A stretch of 64,000 bases of DNA from Chthoniobacteraceae bacterium (GTDB lineage Bacteria; Verrucomicrobiota; Verrucomicrobiia; Chthoniobacterales; Chthoniobacteraceae): the NCBI GenBank assembly GCA_037190965.1, contig JBBCKI010000003.1, forward strand, positions 27,032-91,031, written 5' to 3'. Made by a program: the position numbers and the translations under genes. The notes under the pieces were generated by a model, which saw only the letters and a program-made list of their open reading frames with translations, made no database searches and was not told where the DNA came from. Of the stretch, positions 1 through 9,879 are shown in pieces (position 1 is the first letter of the stretch; each line of letters starts with the position of its first letter).

Positions 1-297
1 GCCAACAAGACCTTCCCCGAGGCCCGCAAATTCATGGAGCAGGGCTCGCACCTCAAGCTCTACAAATTCTCCCCCAATGACTACCGGGACGCGGGCACAA
101 TCTGGACCGGCACGGCTCCGGAAGCCTACACAGAAGGCCTCGGGGGAGGCCGCGAACTGGAATTCATCGATGCGCCCCCCTCCGGAGCCGATCTCGCAAA
201 TCTCGCGGGAATCGCGGCCAGTTTCGCCCCCAACTATGCGCCGGAGGAAATCTTCGAAATCGCCTCCAAACTCTACGAAAAGGCGAAGGGAAAATAA
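1..297 (+). CDS. hypothetical protein, C-terminal part (runs in from the window edge)
   Basis: Frame 1 is open from base 1 to TAA at 295-297 with host-like codon usage; no motif recognised. Confidence 0.6.
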   Translation, partial: ANKTFPEARKFMEQGSHLKLYKFSPNDYRDAGTIWTGTAPEAYTEGLGGGRELEFIDAPPSGADLANLAGIAASFAPNYAPEEIFEIASKLYEKAKGK

Positions 298-310
298 GCA
301 GCCCTGCCGC

Positions 311-673
311 CTACTTCTGGAAGAGCATCCTCACGCCCACGACGATCATCAACACGGCAAAAATGCGGGTGAGCGTCTGATTGCTCAAAACTTTCAAGAG
401 ATCCGCGGCAAACCAGGCCACGGCTCCGCCCACCACCGCGCACGAGATTGCCACCGGCCAGTTCACCAGAGAATTCGCGTTGTTCTTGATCGTGGCGCAG
501 ATGGAAATGAGAATGATCGCCGTCAGTGACGTAGCGACAGCCTCCTTCTGCGCCAGCCCAAGCAACATGACGAATGCGGGAACCATGATGATCCCGCCTC
601 CAACGCCGCACACCGCCGCAATCACCCCGGCCACCAAGCCGACGAGAGCCGAGAGCAAAACAAGATCAAGCAT
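311..673 (-). CDS. TSUP (TauE/SafE) family membrane protein, half-size
   Basis: 120 aa, about 4 hydrophobic segments, GVGGGIIMVP and AVATSL motifs typical of TSUP. Confidence 0.8.
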   Translation of the reverse strand: MLDLVLLSALVGLVAGVIAAVCGVGGGIIMVPAFVMLLGLAQKEAVATSLTAIILISICATIKNNANSLVNWPVAISCAVVGGAVAWFAADLLKVLSNQTLTRIFAVLMIVVGVRMLFQK

Positions 674-682
674 GGCACTAAT

Positions 683-1522
683 TTACGCGGACGGGGTGTC
701 TAGGAAATTCTGCTCTCTGAGCCAGTACAGGCACGCTTGCGTCCAAGGGTGCGGTTTCCCGGGGTTGAAGGCGTCTTCGCCGAGGCCAATTCCGTGACGG
801 CCGGTCTTGTAGACATGGAGATCGAAGGGCACCCCGCAATCGCGTAGCGCCCGGGCAAATGCCATGGAATCGTCCACCATGACGACCGGGTCTTCCCACG
901 TGTGAAACAGGAAGCAAGGGGGCGTCTCGCGGGTCACCTGCTTTTCATTGGAAAGCAGATCCACCAGTTCCGGAGAGGGGCTGTCGTCCAGCAGGTTCCG
1001 GCGCGAGCCCGCATGGCAGCTTGAGCCCATGGTGATGACCGGATAGCAAAGGATCCCCAAATCGGGACGGCTGCTCACTCGCTCCACGGGATCGGCGGAG
1101 TCCGGCTGACCGCAGTCGAAGTGTGTCAGCAAAGTCGAGGCAAGGTGCCCGCCCGCCGACGAGCCGATGACGCCGATCCGCGTGGGATCGAGCCCCCACT
1201 CCGCCGCGTTTGCGCGAACGGTCCTGAGCGCCCTCGCGGCATCCCAAAGCATGACCGGATGGCGATAACCTTGCGAGCCAAGCCGGTACTTCACCACAAA
1301 TGCGGCGATCCCGTTCCCATTAAGCCACTTTGCGTACCCCTCCCCCTCATGGGCGGCAAGGTGCCCGTAGCCCCCTCCGGGGAAAACCACGATGCTTGCC
1401 CCGGTTGCCGTCCCCGGAACCGGCAGATAGGCCGTCAGTGTTGGAATATCGGAATCCGAGTCGCCAAGAGCGCCCGGGGCCTTGCCAGTCCAAAGAGGAG
1501 TCTCAACAGGAGCGAAATCCAT
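683..1522 (-). CDS. alpha/beta hydrolase (esterase, acetyl-xylan/feruloyl esterase-like)
   Basis: PGGGY oxyanion motif, GSSAGG nucleophile elbow, D..V and HGIG catalytic segments. Confidence 0.85.
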   Translation of the reverse strand: MDFAPVETPLWTGKAPGALGDSDSDIPTLTAYLPVPGTATGASIVVFPGGGYGHLAAHEGEGYAKWLNGNGIAAFVVKYRLGSQGYRHPVMLWDAARALRTVRANAAEWGLDPTRIGVIGSSAGGHLASTLLTHFDCGQPDSADPVERVSSRPDLGILCYPVITMGSSCHAGSRRNLLDDSPSPELVDLLSNEKQVTRETPPCFLFHTWEDPVVMVDDSMAFARALRDCGVPFDLHVYKTGRHGIGLGEDAFNPGKPHPWTQACLYWLREQNFLDTPSA

Positions 1523-1728
1523 GGACTCATTGAAGCGAAAAGTTCCACCCTTCGCCAGCGATATCTTGATAGGAGGCGTAGCCCAACCCCGATTTTCCAG
1601 TGATGCCGCGAACCGTCATCATGAGGGGGATCTGTAGCCAGTAGCCATGGACACCCAATCCTCTCCCCCCGATGAAGACGCCCGCCATTGAACAGCCAAA
1701 CGACAGGCCGGCCGTGGCCCTGCCCTCA

Positions 1729-4700
1729 TCAAAGGTCGCCGGCTGTCCATTTGACCGCAGCATCGAATAGCAAGTACCCATCGGTGCCAAGGGTGGCCCC
1801 ATTAGCCAATGGGAATGCAACACGACGGCTCGGTGCGATTAAACCGAGCAGACCGGCATCCATTTCATAAGAGAAGATTCCAGCCTTGCCGGGAACACCA
1901 GCGATTTCCGCAACAGTCTGAGCGCTTGGGAGTGGTATCCCCCACGCATGATCGGTGGGAGCGCTCGTCAAGGCGACTGTCCCGCTTAGTCCAGCTGCTA
2001 AAGAATCGGCTGGATTCGAGATGGTGACATTAGTGGCTCCTGTCGTGATCCCATAATCCACGGCAGCCGTGGCACCCGTCATTCCCAAAGAGGGGTAGAT
2101 GCTTCCTCCCCAGCAAAGAATGGGCACTTCACAGAGGCTGAAAGTGGATCCAATTGCAGGTGAGGAAGAGGAGGAAATAACGAGCAGATCCTTTCCAATA
2201 GCGTCGTTGAGGACAACGGCACCATCGTCGATCACTGTTACATTGTAACCGAGATTTTCCATTCTTAGCTTCAATGCGGCATCCTCAGCGTTTGGAACGG
2301 GGGTTCCCGTTACAAAGAGGATCTCTCCTGGAATGGTGGCTTTCTGGACAGTCACTGCTGAGGGAGCGGAGACTGCAACGCATCCATTGCTATCAGTCGC
2401 CTGAGCCACGAAGGTATACTCACCTGCCGGAATGTCGGATAGGGAGAGAGAGTATGGCGAGGTGAGGTCTTCGCCCAGTTTGTTTCCTGCGCGGTCGAAG
2501 AATTCCACCTTGTCGATGGTGGCTCCAGAGCCGGATGCTGCCGCGACAAAGCTAAGGGAGCCGGGTGCCGGGGTACTCGTCCCATTGAGCGGAGCAGTCA
2601 GCGCAACCGAGGGTGGCGTTAGGAAAAAGACGTTCGGCTTGCCATTGAGAATGGTGCTGTGGCTCGTGATTGAGTTAAAGACGTTGTTCCCCATCCCAAT
2701 CTTGAGATCGACGTTTGATGCAACAGCCCAACTTGCGGCCAGTGCAGTGCCTCCATTGGCGTTGAATGTGTTTCCATTCATGGAAAGCCAAAACACTACA
2801 GGAATGCTGGTATTTGAATTCGTTGGGTTCGCCAAATTAATGGCGCGAAAGTTCGCATTTGAGGAATTGACGACGTTGTTATGAAATGAGATCCGATTGA
2901 AGTCATTTGTAACAGTCAGGAACTTCGTTCCACTTGTGGTGATCGTATTGCCTTCGAGATGGACTTCTTGCAGGGGGCTCCAGGCGCCTGTTTCAACGGT
3001 TGTGTTCGTGAGAGTGCATCCCCTGAAATTGAGGGTGGTCTTCTGCAATCGAAACGATGAGTTGACTACCTCGGACTCGACGACTTCCGATGGAAGCGTC
3101 ATGTTTGCCGTCAGAAATGTGCTGTTTTCAACATAGCAACGCTCCAGACTGAAGCGGTTGGTACTGGCAACGGCGCCGTTGACATTACAATCGACCAACC
3201 TCGATCTTACCGGACCGCCGAGGATGTCGCACTGATAGAAATAGCCGAACTTAAAAGTGGTTGGATCCGTGTTATGGGAAACAGCTCCCCCGTAAAGATT
3301 ATTATTCTTGATGCAATACTCACGATCGAGCCAGATCAGGTTGTGTGTTATAGCCAGCCTTGTTTCCCCTAGGACGTCGTTGTTGTAGACTCGAAAGTGA
3401 ACCATTGTTTTGTACGGGCCGATATCAAAGGTGGCTTTTTTGAAGACGTTATCGCGAACGACAAAATTTGCCGACCGCGTCGTGGAATAGTACCCCATGA
3501 CGTTCCGTTCGACGACAAAGTTGTGCCCAGCAAAAGCGACAAATTCATTGACTGGGTTTGTCCCGAAAACATTATCGTGAAAATAGAGATCCTGCATTAG
3601 ATCCCAGCCATCTTCCGCGTCGAAAGCACATTTCGCCATGGCCCAGCCAACGTTATTGAATGTGCATCCTGTTACGGTAAGGTTATGGAAGCCGGAGGGC
3701 ACCATCCCAACGCACCGGACATCTTGAATATCGAGATCGATGAGATCGCAGTTATAGGGAGTCCTGATGTTGAAAAGTGAGACGCTGTCATTCGGAAGAG
3801 CGGTGGCACTGTAGAGGGTGAATTTTGCATAGCGCGCATTCGCTGGCGGATACATCCTCCGGTAGAAATGACCTAATGTAGAACCAATGTAATTGTTGGA
3901 TACATCGTAAAATGCGGCCCGGTAGATCCAGTTGTCCGGAAGTGGGTTACCTTGGTAACCAAGGTATTTCCCCAGTTGGAAAAATCCTTTGGAGCCCATG
4001 TAGGTGGAGATATCGACGGCGGTGTTGCAAGCCGTGCGGGTTGTCGAGGGAACGAGAAGTCCTGTCGTCTCGTCAATCTCGCCGAGTGTGAATGCTCCCA
4101 CCGATTTGGGCGGGTTGTGACTAATCCCTACGTTAACGGGGCGCCGGGCATATTCGAAGCTGGTTGCAACCCCATAGCCCGTGATTTTTTTAACCACAAG
4201 GTTCTCAAAGGAACAGTACTCAGCCCCTTGTCCCAAGAGAATCCCCACCAACCATTCGCTGTTCGGGCTGACACTGAAATTGTGGTTATCAAGATCTCCC
4301 TCGATGGTTCCGTTTTCGACGTGTGAATCGACGCAGTGGGCGATCTCCAGGATGTATCCCTTATCAAGAGAACTTGGATTGAGTCGGAGAGTGGAACCGT
4401 TGAGGTCAAGTGTCATCCCTGTGACCATCTTGACTGTACTGTTTTCGTCGATCCGATAGATACCCGTAGGAAGAATGACTTTCCGATAGCCGTTAGTCCC
4501 GGCCCAAACGAGCATGTTATTGAGCCCGCTGGTGGTGGCAACGGGATTCGTGTCGTTCGAGTAAATGCCAAAACTATTAAAGAGATCAACAGTAGTAGGA
4601 CTATAAGTTTGACCTGCTGTAATGGGGTGTGTAACAGGATCTACCACTCGAAAGTTTTGGTACAGAACATGCGACTTTCGCCCCTGTGAATCCGTGACCT

Positions 4701-5049
4701 GAATCGCCAGGCGCACTTCGCTCTTCGGGGTGGTGAAAACCGGGAGCGTGATAGTGTGGTCACCTCCTCTTACGGTCCGATTCTGATAATGCACGCCGTC
4801 AATCGAGAATGAGACCGTGAGTTTCTCGCTGCGGTCATTAAAGCGGTAGTCACGATTTTCATAATCGGTGACGTAGAAGTTTAAGGTCTGACGTTCGCCG
4901 ACATTGATGGTTTTCTTTAGAGAATTAAGGGATACGTAGGGAGTTCGATTCTCAAATGCGAGCTCTGCCCTCAAGGGGGCTATTAACAAGAGAAAAAACG
5001 CCAGAAGAACTGGCACCGTTAATTTTAAGTAGAGATTCTGGGAGCTCAT
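1729..5049 (-). CDS. large secreted protein: right-handed beta-helix region, Ig-like domain and C-terminal alpha/beta domain
   Basis: Start moved to ATG 5049 (MSSQNL..., signal peptide ending LRA-E); Asn/Thr-rich parallel beta-helix-like repeats; PPSVALTAP...KVEFF...PYS...GEYTFVAQATD Ig-like module. Confidence 0.7.
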   Translation of the reverse strand: MSSQNLYLKLTVPVLLAFFLLLIAPLRAELAFENRTPYVSLNSLKKTINVGERQTLNFYVTDYENRDYRFNDRSEKLTVSFSIDGVHYQNRTVRGGDHTITLPVFTTPKSEVRLAIQVTDSQGRKSHVLYQNFRVVDPVTHPITAGQTYSPTTVDLFNSFGIYSNDTNPVATTSGLNNMLVWAGTNGYRKVILPTGIYRIDENSTVKMVTGMTLDLNGSTLRLNPSSLDKGYILEIAHCVDSHVENGTIEGDLDNHNFSVSPNSEWLVGILLGQGAEYCSFENLVVKKITGYGVATSFEYARRPVNVGISHNPPKSVGAFTLGEIDETTGLLVPSTTRTACNTAVDISTYMGSKGFFQLGKYLGYQGNPLPDNWIYRAAFYDVSNNYIGSTLGHFYRRMYPPANARYAKFTLYSATALPNDSVSLFNIRTPYNCDLIDLDIQDVRCVGMVPSGFHNLTVTGCTFNNVGWAMAKCAFDAEDGWDLMQDLYFHDNVFGTNPVNEFVAFAGHNFVVERNVMGYYSTTRSANFVVRDNVFKKATFDIGPYKTMVHFRVYNNDVLGETRLAITHNLIWLDREYCIKNNNLYGGAVSHNTDPTTFKFGYFYQCDILGGPVRSRLVDCNVNGAVASTNRFSLERCYVENSTFLTANMTLPSEVVESEVVNSSFRLQKTTLNFRGCTLTNTTVETGAWSPLQEVHLEGNTITTSGTKFLTVTNDFNRISFHNNVVNSSNANFRAINLANPTNSNTSIPVVFWLSMNGNTFNANGGTALAASWAVASNVDLKIGMGNNVFNSITSHSTILNGKPNVFFLTPPSVALTAPLNGTSTPAPGSLSFVAAASGSGATIDKVEFFDRAGNKLGEDLTSPYSLSLSDIPAGEYTFVAQATDSNGCVAVSAPSAVTVQKATIPGEILFVTGTPVPNAEDAALKLRMENLGYNVTVIDDGAVVLNDAIGKDLLVISSSSSPAIGSTFSLCEVPILCWGGSIYPSLGMTGATAAVDYGITTGATNVTISNPADSLAAGLSGTVALTSAPTDHAWGIPLPSAQTVAEIAGVPGKAGIFSYEMDAGLLGLIAPSRRVAFPLANGATLGTDGYLLFDAAVKWTAGDL

Positions 5050-5340
5050 AAAAAAACACCATATTTTTTTCAACCGGATGATGCGGGAGAATTCCCAACG
5101 CTGAGAACGCGTCAACACAATAGCAAAATCGATATTACAAAAAGGATCTATTAGTCAAATGCATTTTCACATATAGCCACCCTATAGAACTATCGGGCTA
5201 TACCCGACAACCCGCATAGGTGCTTCTAGTGTTATATTTGGCAAACTCCTTAAACCTGAATTTCCGATCTTGGAGCAGGCGAAATCATGCAGAGCTTGAA
5301 GCAGAAACGGTTAAGAAGAAGCGAAGCCCCATCTCTTTTC

Positions 5341-5489
5341 CTCGTTACCAATCTCCAGATTGGTAATGCCATTGTCCCCGAATCTCTGATTCGAAAGCCT
5401 TGTCATCTCGTGCAGACAATCAGAACGAATAGGGTTGCGAACTGGAGTTTCGAAAACATGGGCGTTCCCAAACAGAGTTTGGGAACGAG
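5341..5489. repeat. REP-like inverted doublet (CTCGTTCCCAAAC..GTTTGGGAACG family)
   Basis: Two oppositely oriented palindromic units, 5341-5393 and 5437-5489; a related unit lies at 56099-56152. Confidence 0.7.
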
Positions 5490-5532
5490 GAAAAAGTGGC
5501 CGGAATTATGACAAGAATTTAGCTAACACGCC

Positions 5533-6075
5533 CTAAGCCATCACGCTTTCAGCGATCTCCCGGGCTCTGGCCTCGCCAAAAAGCCGACGCACCAAAGCCA
5601 GACCAAAATCGAGAGCCGTCCCCGCGCCGCGCGAGGTGGTTAAATCTCCATCCTCCACCACCCGCTCATCGCCCAGCGCTTGCGGCAATTCCCCATGCAC
5701 CGAAAAGTGCGCCGTAAAGCGTTTCCCCGTCAGCAACCCGGCATCCGCGAGCACCGTCGGCGCGGCGCAGATTGCCGCCACGGATCTCCCCGCCTCCGCT
5801 TGAGCCCGGGCGAGTTGGGCGGCCCTGCCGTCGGCGCGCAACGCCTTCACCCCCGGACCGCCGGGAATCAGCAGTAGGTCGAAGTCCTCCCCCACGACAT
5901 CGGACAGCGAGACATCGGCGCGCACAAAAATATCCGAACGGCCCACCACCAGGCGGTCGCCGCTTACCGAAGCAAGCACCACCTCCGCCCCTGCACGGCG
6001 CAGCAGATCGACCGGCGTAATGGTTTCGATCTCCTCAAATCCGGGAGCCAACAGGCAAAGCACACGTTTTTTCAT
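5533..6075 (-). CDS. DJ-1/PfpI (YajL/ThiJ) family protein
   Basis: GFEEIE, PGG, AICAAP (catalytic Cys), TSRGAGT; start at ATG 6075. Confidence 0.9.
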   Translation of the reverse strand: MKKRVLCLLAPGFEEIETITPVDLLRRAGAEVVLASVSGDRLVVGRSDIFVRADVSLSDVVGEDFDLLLIPGGPGVKALRADGRAAQLARAQAEAGRSVAAICAAPTVLADAGLLTGKRFTAHFSVHGELPQALGDERVVEDGDLTTSRGAGTALDFGLALVRRLFGEARAREIAESVMA

Positions 6076-6092
6076 TCCTATAAGATTCGCGT

Positions 6093-7616
6093 CTACCGAT
6101 CGAACCGGTCCACCTGTTCTTTCACGGCCTGATCCATCCTGATCAACGGTGGCCATTCGCGCTTGAACCCCTCGCCCGCGAGTTTGCGCGTAGCGTCGAA
6201 GCCGAGCTTGCTTCCGGAGCCGATTTCACTCGTCGCATGGTCGAGAACATCGGCTGGGCCTTTGGTGAAGATGGAATCCCGCTGCGGATCGGTATTGGAG
6301 CAGAGGCAAAACAACACTTCGCTGGTGTTATGCACATCCACATCATGATCCACCACCACGATATATTTGGTGAACATCATCTGCCCCATCCCCCACAGGC
6401 CGTGCATAATCTTGTAAGCCTGCATCGGGTAGGTCTTTTTGATGCTGACGAACACCAGATTGTGGAAAACTCCTTCCGCCGGAAGGGCAATATCCACGAT
6501 CTCCGGAAAGTTCATCTTGAAGATCGGCAGGAAAATCTTCACGGAAGCCCCGCCCATGTAGAAATCCTCCATCGGCGGAATGCCGACGATCGTCGCAGGG
6601 TAAACCGCGTTCTTCCGGTGTGTAATGGCGGTCACGTGAAACACCGGGTACGGGTCCGGCAATGTGTAATATCCGGTATGATCTCCGAACGGCCCTTCCT
6701 CGCGCAACGGCTCGCACGGGTCAATGTAACCCTCGATCACAAAATCGGCATTGGCGGGGACTTCAAGGTCGCACGTCTCGCACTTCACCAATTCGATCGA
6801 CTTGCGCCGCAGATAGCCCGCCAGCAGAAACTCGTCCAGCCCGTCGGGCAGCGGCGCGGTGGCGCAGAACGGGTACGCCGGATCTCCGCCCAGAACGATC
6901 GCAACGGGCATCCGCGTTCCCGTTTCGTAATAACGCCGCCCGTGGCGCGCACCGACCTTTTGCAATTGCCAGTGCATCCCCGTCGTCCTGTCATCATAGA
7001 CCTGCACCCGGTACATGCCGACGTTGCGTTCGCCGGTGTCGGGATCCTGCGTCACCACGCATGGCAGCGTCACGAAACGCCCGCCGTCGAGCGGCCAGCA
7101 TTTAAGGATCGGCAAATCGAGAAGCGTTGGCGGTTTCGGGTCCGTGCTGCCCTTCTTCCAATCCGGCGCTGCGGGCCAATCGCCCGTGTGCGTGGCAGGC
7201 GCGTCGAACCGATGGATCACCTCCTTGCACGCGCCGGTTTTCACACGCTTGGGCCGCGCATGTCGCAACTCGATGGCGGTGGAAAAAAGCGAGATCGCCT
7301 CGCGCAGGCTTGTCGGCGGCTTCGCCTTCATCAGCGAGCCAAGTTCCTCCGCGACCGCGTCCACGGATTCCGCCCCCATGCTCAGGGCCATCCGCTTCCA
7401 GGAACCCATCGTATTGATCGCCACCGGAAAGGGCGAAATCTTCCCGTTCACCGTCGGTTTCTCGAACAGGAGCGCCTTGCCGCCGCCGGGCTGCTTCATC
7501 TCACGATCCGCGATTTCGGTAATTTCCAACTCCGTCGCGACGGGTCTTGAGATGCGTTTCAGTTCGCCCGCGCGATCAAGCGCTTCAATAAATTCGGAGT
7601 ACGACGCGTAAGCCAT
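6093..7616 (-). CDS. ubiD: UbiD-family prFMN-dependent decarboxylase (menaquinone-pathway type)
   Basis: NVGMYRVQ, EGPFGDHTGYY and GPADVLDH motifs; start at ATG 7616. Confidence 0.9.
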   Translation of the reverse strand: MAYASYSEFIEALDRAGELKRISRPVATELEITEIADREMKQPGGGKALLFEKPTVNGKISPFPVAINTMGSWKRMALSMGAESVDAVAEELGSLMKAKPPTSLREAISLFSTAIELRHARPKRVKTGACKEVIHRFDAPATHTGDWPAAPDWKKGSTDPKPPTLLDLPILKCWPLDGGRFVTLPCVVTQDPDTGERNVGMYRVQVYDDRTTGMHWQLQKVGARHGRRYYETGTRMPVAIVLGGDPAYPFCATAPLPDGLDEFLLAGYLRRKSIELVKCETCDLEVPANADFVIEGYIDPCEPLREEGPFGDHTGYYTLPDPYPVFHVTAITHRKNAVYPATIVGIPPMEDFYMGGASVKIFLPIFKMNFPEIVDIALPAEGVFHNLVFVSIKKTYPMQAYKIMHGLWGMGQMMFTKYIVVVDHDVDVHNTSEVLFCLCSNTDPQRDSIFTKGPADVLDHATSEIGSGSKLGFDATRKLAGEGFKREWPPLIRMDQAVKEQVDRFDR

Positions 7617-7760
7617 TGCGCCGTATTGAAGCCGAATCCCACGGTCGGCGCGAGCGCAATTGCACTCCGCCAGCGGCCTCTCCAAGACCCTCCGGATAAA
7701 ACATCGTCCGGCGATTTTCGCTTGCGAACATCGCGTTCGAGAGGCAGCAATCATGGAGCG

Positions 7761-8888
7761 ATGCGTCCTCCCCGCCCCAACTTCCTCCCCTTTCTGGCGA
7801 TCTGCTGCGCCGGCCTGAGCATCGGCCTGATCTTTTGGGCCCGGAATCGCGAGATCCCCAGAGGAGACGTGAACAGCCTGCCCACGCTTCCCGACCAAAC
7901 TACCTCATCTTCCGGGGAGACCGCCCCTCCCCAACCAACTGAGGCCCCTCCGGAAACGCTCCCCTCGCCCGACGAAACCACGGCCCCAGGCGAGCCGACC
8001 GCTCCCGAGCCTCCGGAACCCGTCCGCCCTTCGGAAGAGGAACTGACCGGGCCGCTTCCAACCCGGGACCCGGGCGAACAAGTCGCCAAAGCACCCGCGC
8101 TCCACGCGCCACTGGCCGCGGCCCCCACCGCTCTCGATCTCCCCTCGCTCGCGCAGCAACCCAAGCTCTGGCCGCCTCAAGTCACGCTTCGCGAGGCGGT
8201 CCGCTTCCCGGTCTTCCGCGACGGCGTGGAAAGCGGCAATATCCAGGTTCCCGCCGGTACCGTCGTCTTGCTGCGCAAGATTCACGCGAACGGAAAGCTG
8301 GAAGTGGAACATCTTAAATGGCTGACCACCGTTCCGGCGACGTCCACCGATTTGCTGGCGCGCATCAAGCAGGCCTCGGCCCCAGCGGCCCCGACGGCTC
8401 CAGCGGCCCCGACGGCTCCAGGGACCACCACCGCCTCACAAGCTGCGAAGCCGACCGCCACTCCTGTGCCGGCAGGTCCACCTCTTCTGGCCATCACCGT
8501 CAAACGGGACCGCCGCAGCGAAAACGGCCCCGGCGGCACCCCGCGCAGAATATGGCATTTCAGCGTCAGCGTGCAGAACCCCGGCAAAGAAAAACGCCCC
8601 AAACTGCAAGGCCACTTCTTCGCCATCACGCGAACCGCCGAAGGCGCCCTCGTCCTTGCCGCGACTGAAAAGCTGACCTGCGACCTCGACGCCAACGGAG
8701 AGATCACCCTCACCCCGCCCCCTCTCGATCTCGACGACTCCCGTCCCCTCGACAGCTTCGCCGTCGTGTTCCGCGATGCCTCCGGAGCCATCGCAGGCTC
8801 CACTTCCACCCGGGAATCGCTCACCAAAGACTGGGCAACCCTGGAAGCGATGTCGCTGGGAACGATCCTCCCCGCAGCTAAGCCCTAA
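7761..8888 (+). CDS. membrane-anchored Pro/Ala-rich hypothetical protein
   Basis: N-terminal hydrophobic anchor, Pro-rich linkers and two small globular-looking segments; start at ATG 7761. Confidence 0.65.
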   Translation: MRPPRPNFLPFLAICCAGLSIGLIFWARNREIPRGDVNSLPTLPDQTTSSSGETAPPQPTEAPPETLPSPDETTAPGEPTAPEPPEPVRPSEEELTGPLPTRDPGEQVAKAPALHAPLAAAPTALDLPSLAQQPKLWPPQVTLREAVRFPVFRDGVESGNIQVPAGTVVLLRKIHANGKLEVEHLKWLTTVPATSTDLLARIKQASAPAAPTAPAAPTAPGTTTASQAAKPTATPVPAGPPLLAITVKRDRRSENGPGGTPRRIWHFSVSVQNPGKEKRPKLQGHFFAITRTAEGALVLAATEKLTCDLDANGEITLTPPPLDLDDSRPLDSFAVVFRDASGAIAGSTSTRESLTKDWATLEAMSLGTILPAAKP

Positions 8889-8950
8889 AGAGAAGCGAAC
8901 CGCCCTGGGCCGTTGGTCACCGCCGCTTGTTGACTCATAATTAGGACACC

Positions 8951-9205
8951 CTGGCGGCTTTGTTTTTGGTGGTTGGTTTGGTTGCCCTTGCGGCGTTCCG
9001 GAGCGTAGCGGAGGGATACCCGCAAGGGTAATGGCATCTACCGCTTCCTCCCGCAGGAGTTCGGTGCGGTGCTCCAGAAGCGGTCTTCCAGGGCCCAATT
9101 TCCTTCATCATCGCAAAGGATCTAGGCTTCCTAGCTGGCTTTCGAGTTTCATTTTCTCCTCCTTTGGCAGCTCTCCCCGTCCAGAAGCCGTTGTGCGAGT
9201 GTGCG
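8951..9205 (-). pseudogene. C-terminal remnant of IS transposase
   Basis: Across frameshifts reads RTLAQRLLD/GELPKEEKMKLESQLGSLDP/FAMMKEI/ALEDRFW, resembling the (K)TPxQRLL...LNPF tail of integrase-core IS transposases (recognised from memory). Confidence 0.55.
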
Positions 9206-9324
9206 TCCCTGGCTACGGATTTGACGCCTGCCTTCGCGGTGGGGCGGAAAATCTCGCGTTGGGAATATTACAATTTGCGGCTTGATAAAAAGTTCATAAC
9301 ATCTACATACACCCGGCATCGCGT

Positions 9325-9879
9325 ATGGAGAACGCCCACATACTTCCGATGGCTGAAAGGAGCTTTGATCCCGTATATCACGGCACATCCCAAGAGAATT
9401 GGGAAAGTATCCGTCAGCAGGGGCGATTTGTCGTGGCTAAAGCCCGGATGGGGAAGTCACCGGGGTATTTGGGCGATGGTGTTTATTTCTATGAGTCTTC
9501 TCACGAAGACGCTTGGATTTGGGCGAAGGACGAAAAAAGATTCCCGCTTCCAGTCGTTGTCAAGGCCTGCATTCAGGCACTTAGATGCATTGACTGCTGC
9601 GATTGGAGTGTGGTGAAAGCTTTGGATCGAGCATATGTCAAGTTTGAGAAGAGGATGCGGAATGAGGGCCGAGAGCCTAAAGAGCCTTACTTTTTTCATT
9701 GGCTGGGTCGGCACGTGCTCAAAGAAATTGACTGTATTCGGGCCTGTCAAAGGCGCCCCAGTGCTCGCCGTGAGCTTTTATGGTCGCGGTTTGAAAGCAA
9801 TCGCCTTGTGATTTGTGTGAAAAAGCCGGAAGTCATTGCAAAATTTGAAATTTTTGAGGAAAATCAGAAAGACTTATGA
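9325..9879 (+). CDS. ADP-ribosyltransferase-fold toxin (CmdT-like)
   Basis: YHGT, GYLGDGVYFYE, AWIWA and C-terminal ICVK motifs of His-Tyr class ART toxins; alternative start ATG 9349; first gene of a 3-gene operon ending in a SecB-like gene. Confidence 0.8.
   Translation: MENAHILPMAERSFDPVYHGTSQENWESIRQQGRFVVAKARMGKSPGYLGDGVYFYESSHEDAWIWAKDEKRFPLPVVVKACIQALRCIDCCDWSVVKALDRAYVKFEKRMRNEGREPKEPYFFHWLGRHVLKEIDCIRACQRRPSARRELLWSRFESNRLVICVKKPEVIAKFEIFEENQKDL

Noticed and set aside
6237..7550. Long antisense ORFs, e.g. 6237-7550, 24500-25765, 34796-36226, 36205-37440, 60079-61608
   Set aside because: Shadows of well-supported genes on the opposite strand, expected with high-GC codon bias
9112..9162. 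Short minus-strand ORF MKLESQLGSLDPLR with a strong GGAGG SD
   Set aside because: Better explained as an internal piece of the frameshifted transposase C-terminus (KEEKMKLE...)
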